Source: Trichoplax sp. H2 (lineage: Eukaryota). From it: a stretch of DNA of 20,000 nt. The translations under genes were made by a program, and so were the position numbers. Positions 1-9,871 of the stretch are shown in pieces. The notes beneath the pieces were generated by a model, which made no database searches, was not told where the DNA came from, and worked only from the letters and a program-made list of their open reading frames with translations. The first letter of the stretch is position 1, and the number at the start of each line of letters is the position of its first letter. The DNA lies in contig NOWV01000139.1 in NCBI GenBank assembly GCA_003344405.1, positions 179,048 through 199,047 on the forward strand. Direction: 5' to 3'.

Positions 1-18
1 TCTTTTTCCTTTATACAG

Positions 19-2842
19 ATTTGGTGTATGGGCCAGAGTCGAACAAACGCAATGGTTAGTTTTGTAGCGTACAATTTTAAAAGTTGATATTCCGGGTAAT
101 TTATTTCTGTTTATATTTTTATAGGTGAAAGTAATTCTCTTGGTGAAATTAATGGAATTTCCGTGACGAAAAGTAAATTCTGAATGAACAGTCTATCCTA
201 AATGTGTATGAGGATCTTATTGTTATTGCTATCCATTTTTATTTGAATAAAGGACCTTTAGCTGAACTGAAGCAGATAAACGCAATAGATAACCGAAACA
301 GTGCAAGTAGTCGACGTTTAAGTTTAAGGCATGATAAAAATGTAAGACTACTGTAATTTTACCATTATGTATAACTGCCTAGATATTTGGTATTGAATAA
401 TTTCGTCCCAATAGCAGAAATCGCAACATCAAAAACGTGATCATAAAGAAGAAATCGAAAAAGAGCCTATAAGCACTTTGTGCAAGTGTCCTTTTCCAGG
501 ATGCGGGAAAACATTCCGGAAAACAGCTAATTTAGAATCACATCATAGACATTACCACGATACGAAGCGGAAGGAAGATAGATCATCAAAACTTAAATTG
601 GGTTGGTTCTCTAGATGTTGTGATATTGGAATGAATTACAATGTGTTGGGATTGATTTACGATCGTAAAACCTTGTTATGATTAGCGTCAACGAATAGAA
701 AACGATCTGTATCTACTACTGACGTAGAACTCTCCAGGCAGAGAATTAAGCGCCGCAGAACTAGCGTTCCTCCGCGTAGCAGTTTGGCAAACCATGGTAA
801 TTATAAATAATAGTTAAAATTACGCTATTTTGATAAGTAGTGTTGCATTAGCCAAGATATTCCTAAATCTTTATCTGAATTTTCTTTGATAACATTCAAT
901 CTTTTATTTAGACTCAAATATTAAAAATTCAAAACACGCGAGTGATGATGACAGTAACTCAGATCAAGATATTGTTCGATGCTTATGCGGAAAGAATGAG
1001 GAAATGGGTCTGATGTTACAGGTCAGAATTCATTTACTGCTTATAGTAACGTTATTTCATAATTGATGGTTGATTGTATTTCGATAATCTTTACAGTGTG
1101 AAAAGTGTTTGACTTGGCAGCATACTGAATGCATCGAAGTTGATAGCGATAACATTCCCGTGAACTACCTCTGCTATCTTTGCCTATGCCCTCCAGGTAT
1201 TGCTTATGAGAAAGAGCATTGTAGTTTGCTCAAACTTGCTTTATAATATTACAAACTTTGATAATGCCTATATGTTTACTTTCTAACGGTTATTGGTAAC
1301 CTGATTCAACAACAGGTCAGAGGCAAAGAAGTAAATTTAAGGTTTGTGTTTCTTTATCGCACTACTTACTTACTTTATTCACAGTAATGTACTTAATGGT
1401 GAGGTTGAGATTGACAGAACGCATTGTTTTCCTCTTGGATTTTACAGTATCACAGTAACTGGCAGAAAAGCGGTGTTTTAGCCTCTTTACTTACCGAGCA
1501 AAGTAGTGAAAATGTTAAAGCTAGATCACAATTATTACGTCGTTGCGGGAGCCTTATTGCTGATATGAATGAGATATCGTCAGTTATGCACGGGTTATGG
1601 ATGAAAGTTAATATGTTTTCAAGGTATTGTATGAATTCACGATATTGATTAATTGTAAAAACACTTTTATGAGCTGTCGTAACAGTTTTATTTATTCTTT
1701 CATTTACAGTAAGGATAATCATATCGATCTTGAAGATTTTGTAAAGTGCTTAAATGTCCGACTTCCATCAGCAATCCGACGTGATGATGAAAAGCTCAAA
1801 ATTCCTATTGATTCGAATAGTAAGTCAAGTAATGATTGCAGCAAAGATACAATCCCGAAAGAAACTCAACAGAACACAATTAAGATGAAAGGTTTTCAGA
1901 AAAGCGACTGTAATGTCGATTGCAAGGAACGCACTCCAATTAATAATTGCGTATTTAGTACGAATCACAATGTAGTGGATTTGAAATCACCTGATCGTGA
2001 TCCTGCAATCAACGCAGTCCACGATTCCAACAATCATTCATCGGATATATGTAAAAGTTCAAATGATCCTAGCTTAAACGGATATTCTAGCCCTCCAAAT
2101 GATGCTATCGGTAGTAAAATTATTAATGGTTCAGGTGAACAATTAATTGGAAATGATTCACTGTTTGCTGATGCTGAAACATGGTTATCTCATTCCGAAG
2201 GCAGCTTGTCTTCACTTTTATCTGATCGATTACGCTTATTGATGGACATTAATGCGGCTCAAAACCAAGTGAATAACAGTTTCGATATCATAGAAGCAAG
2301 ATTACACGGTAGCCTGATATAAACTAAATATTAACTTCTATTAATATAACGCTATTTTAATTTTCGAATATTTGTAGCAAGTATAGTAATTTTTATAATG
2401 TACAGTATAATGGGTATACCCGTATTTAGTACCCTTAACTACAGAAATGATAAAAATTTAAATGAAATTTAACCACGTTTTATTTGTATTGAAGATATAG
2501 AGAGTTCTTCTGAAGATACCGTAACTTCCATTGTTGATCGTACCTTTAAAGCAGGCAAATCATTGTCGTCATGCAACAATCTTGACAGTCCGATATTAAG
2601 TACTAATGCAGGTAACCGTTAAGGAATGATTTAACTGTTACATACTGTATATATGATCCTAATTTAATTACAATTTGCTAGATTGTATCAGGACGGTTGT
2701 TATAGATGAAAATAAAGCCAGAAGAGCGAGACAAAACAAATGTTTTCGTGACTGTAGATGGCTTAAATTTAGGAAAACCATTCAAGATCTGCAGTGGTTG
2801 AAGTTGTTAGCTGCCATTGTTAATGAACCGTTCAAGGAATAG
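19..2842 (+). CDS. PHF20: PHD finger protein 20 / PHF20L1-like gene, 3' portion (5' end lies upstream of the window)
   Basis: Phase-compatible GT-AG exons: 19-54, 125-172, 253-341, 415(or 418)-601, 686-796, 912-1021, 1097-1196, 1316-1341, 1448-1623, 1710-2308, 2495-2611, 2682-2842 (TAG). The spliced protein has a C2H2 finger (CPFPGCGKTFRKTANLESHHRHYH) and a PHD finger ([29 protein letters not shown]...YLCYLC). These are followed by PPGQRQRSKFKYHSNWQKSG...LIADMNEISSVMHGLWMKV and C-terminal helices (DIIEARLHDIESS; RKTIQDLQWLKLLA), matching the PHF20/PHF20L1 architecture as I recall it. Confidence 0.9.
415..601 (+). CDS. PHF20: PHF20-like exon encoding the C2H2 zinc finger
   Basis: CxxxxC-x12-H-x4-H pattern. 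Tandem acceptor TAGCAG at 412-417; donor GTTGGT at 602. Confidence 0.88.
912..1196 (+). CDS. PHF20: PHF20-like PHD finger (exons 912-1021 and 1097-1196)
   Basis: C4HC3 PHD motif split by phase-0 intron 1022-1096 (GTCAGA...TTACAG). Absent from the ORF track. Confidence 0.9.
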
Positions 2843-2846
2843 CCGA

Positions 2847-2852
2847 AATAAA
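2847..2852 (+). promoter_or_regulatory. Candidate polyadenylation signal of the PHF20-like gene
   Basis: AATAAA just after the stop codon. Another lies at 3150-3155. Which one is used cannot be told from sequence. Confidence 0.3.
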
Positions 2853-3110
2853 GTTGAATTCGCATGCAATACCTATGCCAGTTATACGATCTGAAGGATT
2901 ATAATTTTACTAAAAGTCTTAGGATGTATACGTTTCATAAATCATTTGTACAGTACCATATGATCACGAAGTCTTACAACTAATTATAGTGTATTCGACA
3001 TAAGTACTTCTAAGTACGATGTAATTAAATTTGTATAATACTAGATTTTATGACATCCGTTGTCAAATTGCTTAGCTAACGGGCTAATGATTTTAATTTA
3101 ACGTTTTAGC

Positions 3111-3120
3111 TTTATTTATT
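3111..3120 (-). promoter_or_regulatory. Candidate polyadenylation signals of the SLC17 gene
   Basis: TTTATTTATT gives two overlapping AATAAA on the minus strand, about 360 nt downstream of the stop. Confidence 0.3.
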
Positions 3121-3475
3121 TAAGCAATGTTGAATGTTAAGAACTAGCTAATAAACATGAATTATAAAGCATTAATTCGTGGTATGACCTATGCCTACAT
3201 GTGCATTTTAGTGGTTTTATAGTAAGCAATTGATAAGTTAGCTCATATAAATTCGTTTGACAGGCAGTAAAGTAATACTAAAGTTATGTAACAATCTGCA
3301 AACATTGAAGATGCTGCATTAAAATAGTGATACGGTTTTATGGAATAATTGTGCACAGCAAAGATATTTAAGTAATATGACGATGTAAAAACAATATGAA
3401 GTGTAATATTCATAGCTTAAGGTAGCAAATAAAATCTTAAAGTTACGGAAACAATATACAACTATTTAGACCTAA

Positions 3476-6400
3476 TTACCACAAACCACTAGTGCTTTGT
3501 GTCAGTTCACTGTAGGTTATTGATGGCTTTGATTTGTCATAGGATTCTTCGTGATCATCAATAGCCCAGTTTTGCAGATTTCCGGTAGCGAAGATTAAAT
3601 AAAAGGCCATACCAAAGAGGTACATAGCAGCGGAGATATAAAATACAACTTGCCATTGCTGTCGTGTATGCTGAATCAAGAAAATGAAAGTGCATTGTGA
3701 TGAAATAATGTGCTGTAAGCGGATAGGGTCTTAGAATCAGAGTTGTTGACAACGTGATGCTACTATATTTAAAAGTGTCCATATGAGTGCACTCTCGCAA
3801 TATTCCATGATAATTAATGGATATACAAGCAGTTTATTCCATCAAATGTGCATTAAAATCAGTAAATGGTGTAAGCTGTACGAAAGACTTACCGATACAT
3901 CGACAATAATCCCTACTATAAACGGACTGATAATACCAGGCAATGTAGCAAAGCAATTCGTTATTCCCATGAGAACACCGGCATATTGAGGTGCAATGTC
4001 TAGATGATTTACGCGGAATCCTCCCGAGCTACCAAATGCTCGACCAGCGACTGCAACACACATACTGGCTATGGTTAAATTAATTTGTTGACAACCAGTA
4101 TAGCTCGCTAAAATTAGAAAAATTCCAGGGATTGACAGTCCTACGAATTATAAAATGAAGATTGATAAAGTGAACAGAGTTTGATGCTGCAATTATATAT
4201 TTTCGCATAAACAGTTGCACAGTAAAAAGCAGTACATAAAATAAGCAATTAAGGCAATAAAATTTTGAAAAATTATGTTCATCCCGAATCATTCCAGTTG
4301 TGGTTAATACTAGCTTTCATGTAAGTATACGAACCAAGAGTGTTAAATATCTTTCGCACCGCTGTTACGGAAAGTACACCATTTTTACCAAGCTTATCAG
4401 CAAAATACGCCGCAATCGTGTTGATAACCACTAAGACTACGTAAGGAATGGCGGAAAGTAATCCATTCTAATGCAGTCAATTTGAGTCTTAATTTAGTTA
4501 AGACAATGATAATCATTTAAGCTTGAGAAATTAATGAGTTTCATCTTTAGTTATCGTTAATAAATAATCCATGAATAAATATCCAGCATTATTGTTGCTA
4601 CAATTCAACTTTCGACACATTAAGTAATCAAATTAATACTCACTCGTTTAAGATCAAAGTTTAAAACCTCTTTGAAGTAAGTAGGTAAACATAACAGTAA
4701 AGTATAAGTGCCCCAATTATTGCAAAAGTGCGCTACCGCTATTGCATATACGGGTAGAGAAGTTGCTATTTTTTTCCAAGGAACGGATTTCGGCTGAAAT
4801 AATATCAATTACGCTATTAAAATTTAAAAGATTATCAAATCTAAGGATTTACTATTGCAGAAAAATATATATTGATTCATTTAGAAACGTTCATATATTA
4901 GCTCTAGCATGCAATAATTTTACAGTTATCATGTCATAACTCAAAATTGCGATAAGTATCGTTAAATATCGTATGTCAACAGATAAGTAATGCTACAAAC
5001 GAAATCAGATAATTTTAAATTTCATACCTTTTTCTGAGACAGAGACAGGCCAATGGCATCGTGAATGAAAGTCAGCTCTTCCGATGAAATGTAAGGATGC
5101 TCGGATGGTGAATCGAATACTAGCAACATCCAGGCTACAAACCATGCTAAACCGATTCCACCATATATGTAAAAAGTTATTGTCCAACCAAATCGAGCAC
5201 AGAGGTATCCAGATAAGACTAAGGTAGTTGCCATACCGAAATAAACACCTAAAGAGAGTAAAATCAAAAATAGACCAGTATCGGTTGGAACACGACTGTT
5301 GCTTACAGTCCTACCTGAATACGTAAACGAAGTTAATTTGCTTCTCTCAAATGGTGGAGCCCAGCGCGCCCAGATAGCGTGCATAGCAGGCAGTCGTACT
5401 CCCTGCATAATTAAATATTTATTCATTCTATTCTACATTATCTCCATTTGATTATATCTCCTCCATAATATAGAATAAACAAAATACTCAATCCTAAACA
5501 CATCGTTAAATGTTCTTACCTCTAATATGCCTTGAATTATTTGAGAGGCTATCATGAGGCCAACGCTATGACGCACTACGATAGGAGTTAGTATGTTCAA
5601 AATTGATGTACCAAGCATAGAATAACCGGATAAACGTTTGCCGCCCCATTTTTCCGCTAACCATCCACCTGGCACTTGCGTTATGATAAATCCATAGAAA
5701 AATGACCCTAATATAATGCCTTATTAGGCAAGTTATAGTAGAATAAAGCAAAACCGACACTGTTAATATTTACTGGTACTGTACAGTACAGTACAAGATA
5801 ACTATTTTATCTTAAAGATTTCTACAGTACTGTATATGTGAATGAATTTTTTTAAAATTGCGTCGGATTGAGTTATTAGTAACGCAGTTCGTATAGTCTC
5901 TTACTTGTAAATTTGAAAATTGAGATGTCGATATATCGCATAGCAATAAAAGTTAGCTTTACAATAATTAATCGTTTACAACTTACTAGCCAGATCACCA
6001 GCAAATAAATCGTTTAAAAATAATGTTAACATGATAAAGTATTGATACTTATCTCTTAAATGCAACATTGGTCGACGAATTTCGATACAGCACGCATAAT
6101 GAATTTGATTTTAAACTACTTTTATAAAACTCTTGGAGTCACAACGTCATCAGCGTTAACTAAGAATACTAACCTCGTAATTTGTGATCCCAGTCGAATT
6201 CCCCGATTAACTGAGGAACAATGTGGTTAGGTTAGTACAAAATTAATCACAATTCAAATAGCAATTGAAAGGTACAGTACTGTAGCTAGATTGAATATCA
6301 AAATTGATAAAAGGGATGCATGATCACATTCAGCTAGAACTACTCGATTGTAGAATCGTTGGGAGAATTCTATTACTCCATATGTAATATTATTCAACAG

Positions 6401-6701
6401 AATAAACTTCAATTTCTAAGCTTACCTGTGTTCCAGTGATATTGTACTTTGGGCACTCGACCGCCGAACTATTGTAGCTAGTGTCCACAGTGGTATTGGT
6501 CATTGCGACCATTACGATACTCAAATTAGCTCGTAAAGCAATATGGCAATAGAAACCTAGGAATCCCATTAAAGCTAGCACGTATCGTGTTGGCAAACAA
6601 CGACACTGAGAACAAATTGTATATACACAATTGGTCGATTCCATTGTTACACGATTATGTTGACCGCCTAAAAGCGGTTGATTTTCATCCATTCTCACCA
6701 T
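3476..6701 (-). CDS. SLC17A5: SLC17 family MFS anion transporter, sialin-like, 515 aa, 9 coding exons
   Basis: Minus-strand exons 6701-6426, 6210-6174, 5719-5520, 5402-5315, 5248-5028, 4793-4644, 4467-4335, 4140-3893 and 3670-3476 sum to 1548 nt in one frame. SLC17 motifs: RYVLA..GF....LRANLS, EFDWD, GIILGSFFYG..TQVPGGW, PAMHAIWARWAPPFERSKL, DSPSEHPYISSEE, VPWKKI, TLLLCLPTYF, NGLLSAIPY, VRKIFN, NHLDIAPQYAGVLMGITN, QWQVVFYI. N-terminal ENQPLL dileucine motif resembles sialin. Family assignment is secure; one-to-one orthology with SLC17A5 is not. Confidence 0.92.
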
Positions 6702-8874
6702 CTTTGGATCGGATTTTGGATTCCAGTATACTTTTTGAAACGCTTTGGTTATTCTACTACTGAATCAACACAAAAATACACGCATATAGTAGCACTTGTA
6801 AGGATCATCGTTGTGAAAAATTTTTTAATCAGGCTACATGTACTGTACAAGTATGTTATCGCTTTTCAGAATCTTCATTCAAACTACTGTAATACGAGAA
6901 ACTATAAATGTCTTAACCGAAACAATGCTTGACACGCGATAATGACATTTCTTCAAAATTGCTGTAATAGCTACAAATATTGTAATATCTATTTATTTAT
7001 TAACCAATAAGTACTATAATAATCTATAATCAATATATATAATCAAGTGAAATATTGTAACGCACTTTGGAAATAGTTCAGCAAAACCTACCGACAACAA
7101 GCAGTCTTCAGTAATGATAATAATCTTTAATCTTTACACTGTCAATGCAGTGCGGCGTTTCAACTTGTGAATAAACTAGGCGTTAATTGAATCCTAATCC
7201 TGTACTGTATAATAACTATAAATTGAAAAGTATCCTGTAGTACACTATAATGTAACTGTAAGTAAACGAATGTTGTCAATCTTGAACAAAGACTCTTTTA
7301 AATCATAAATTGCAATTTCATCGTAAAAACAGCACCCTATCAACATCAGTTCCGCCACCATTGAAGTACAGTTTATATCCTACGGGATATTTTTATGCTT
7401 TAGCAGAGGCTGCTACATAGTAGTGGTTCGAGTATTTTGCCGAGCTGTATCTGTCCTATCTGCTACGTAACCGATCATCGATTGATAACTGAGTTGCGAG
7501 ATACGGTAATAGCGATGAAAAGCAAACATTGATAACATTACATTTTCATCTACAGAACAGTACTATATACTAGATGGACTACTAGATAAAATCCTGTGAG
7601 GCTATCAGTAGCGAATCACCTCGCTAATAAAATGCCAATAAGGTATTTAAAAATTTTTGATAACTCCTATGATAACATTCTTTGTATTGTACCGCAGTTA
7701 GCTACTGCCAATACAGTCGAATATGAAATAACATAGGAAGTTTGTTCTTACGATAATGTAAATAGAGAAAGAAACGTGATTATCAATCAGTGCATTAGGA
7801 AGAACGATGCTGATAATGCGGTCCGTTTCTTTCTTTGATAGAGCTGAGAAAATTCCAATTTTTTTTCCTCGAGTGCAGTAATCCCTCGTTTATCCCGTTC
7901 AAATTTTAGCCAATTAACTGCGTATGAATTCCACCTCATCTTTTCCTGCCATGCTGTCATTTACTGTTAATTAATTTAATTTAGTTTAATCTTAATCCTT
8001 AACTTACAGTTAATACTGTATAATCTTTAATCTTTCATCAATATGCCCAACGTCAAGTCCCTGAATATCAGTCATACTACTGCACCATAGCTTAACAGAC
8101 ATAACCAGGCAACCATAGGTAAACTAGCTCGTTTTCGTTAGAAGTCTTAAGAAGAGTTAACAGAAAAAATACTGTATCCATTGATATCTCCTAACTTCGC
8201 AGATCGATAAGCTAAGAGTAATAATTGTTGCACTATTCGTCAGAAAGGATACCCTATTAACTTAATACTACAAAACTTTTCTTCATCCATTCTGACTATC
8301 ATGATCTGATTCAGTCTGGTTCAGTACATTTCCTAAACTTAACGGAGAAGTACATAAACCGCAGGTTCAGCTAGTCAGCCCATAGGAACAAACTGAAAGA
8401 AAGAAAAATCTCTTGCCATAGTCCACACTCAATCAAAACTCGTACACTGAAAGAAAAATAAGGACTATCGGTAGTGGTGAGTACCCTACTGTACTTGTAC
8501 AGTACATTAGACATAACAATATATTATACAGTTTGAGAATTAAATCGAGACGTATTCCTAGCAAATTCATTCAGTATTTTCTTTGCAATTCTTTATTAGC
8601 AATAGAGTTCAGTTTATTCTTGACTCCCGTCACATGGTCAGCCCGACACATGGACAAAATGATTACATAATGCTTCTAACAGTACCCACTACAGGATGCT
8701 GTACGCGGATGTAGTTATGATTTTTAAAAGGTATTCCTTCATAAAGAAATGTCTTCATATTGGCGTTGATTACCTGCCAGTACTGTAATTATAATTAATC
8801 TGCATTCCTTCTTCGGACGTACTTTCAATGTCACAATAGCACAATAATTCACAGGAAGTAAGGTTAGCGAATCC

Positions 8875-9155
8875 ACAGTAATATCCGACTCCTGCTATTT
8901 TTATAGACTTTTATAGTATTTTCGTACTGTTGATACTATGAGAGGATAAATTCGTCGCCATTCAATTATAATGGAAAGTCGATGGAAATGGATTATCCAA
9001 AGTTTATTTAGTGGCCACTTTTCTACCTACTGTACTGTAGTTATAGAGTAGACATCAGTAACAGTAAGAGCTGGATCGCAAAGGCACATTGCCTACTGCT
9101 TTATTGCAATCTTGACTTCAAAATTATAAAATCTGTAGGAGTCGGATATTACTGT
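8875..9155. mobile_element. Putative MITE / non-autonomous DNA transposon remnant (281 bp)
   Basis: Perfect 19-bp inverted repeat ACAGTAATATCCGACTCCT (8875-8893) and AGGAGTCGGATATTACTGT (9137-9155), with imperfect inward extension and a non-coding interior. CAGT-type ends. No clean target-site duplication. Confidence 0.55.
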
Positions 9156-9871
9156 TGATCCAATATTACAGTAGGAGCAAGTTCGATTCATCGTTGGCTG
9201 AAAACTCGATTACAAAATTGCTGCATTCGTCCTTAATGTTGGGGGGATATATATGTCACGTATACCAATAATACAAATGGAGGTCTCTGGCTCATACTGT
9301 ACACTTTCATGTGGGCCCGGCCAACGTCAGTATGAACAGTAGTGGTAAAACTTATAACTTTTGATTTCGAGGTGTGTATTCATTTTTTAAAGCAAATTAT
9401 AAGCCTATTTTATGGGTGATCGTTTATTAAGAGACATTTATGCTCCATACGAACGTTCACTTACTCACTTTTCGTTAACATTACAGCCAGATGAACATAT
9501 AGATTACAAATTAAAAAATAATATTCAATTTCAGAACCTTTGTAAAATGAAACTTTGACCCACTATGCACTGTATTTCTCCTTTAGCTACCAAACTGTAT
9601 TAAAATACAGTATAGTCGACAGGACTATATCGCCTATTTCTTCAGTTAATCAAGGAATAAATATAGTTGAGTATAACGTATTGATTTAGTGTTCTATTAT
9701 TATTTCATCAGCCATTTCTACTCAGACATTGTTTGACAGTAAATAGAATAATTGGTATGGTATTATCCGTCAATACCGATGACGTCGTTGCCATGGTCTC
9801 ACGACATCCCGAGTATAGCAAATGAAGTCGTTTTATAAAGAATTGCCTGTTCCAGTACTGGCTAGTCGGCC

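Noticed and set aside
1450-1722. 90-aa minus-strand ORF
   Set aside because: Antisense shadow of PHF20-like exons; no recognisable motif.
3558-5760. Alternative-frame or antisense ORFs (3558-3800, 3783-3989, 4080-4292, 4742-4939, 5005-5187, 5566-5760)
   Set aside because: They overlap SLC17 exons or introns in the wrong frame or strand.
6678-6932. 84-aa plus-strand ORF
   Set aside because: Antisense to the SLC17 5' end, with non-coding-like composition.
7401-7435. A-box-like TAGCAGAGGCTG and B-box-like GGTTCGAGT
   Set aside because: Spacing is too short for a tRNA and no cloverleaf can be formed.
7787-7960. 57-aa minus-strand ORF MTAWQEKMRW...
   Set aside because: No recognisable homology and no convincing splice link to a neighbouring gene.
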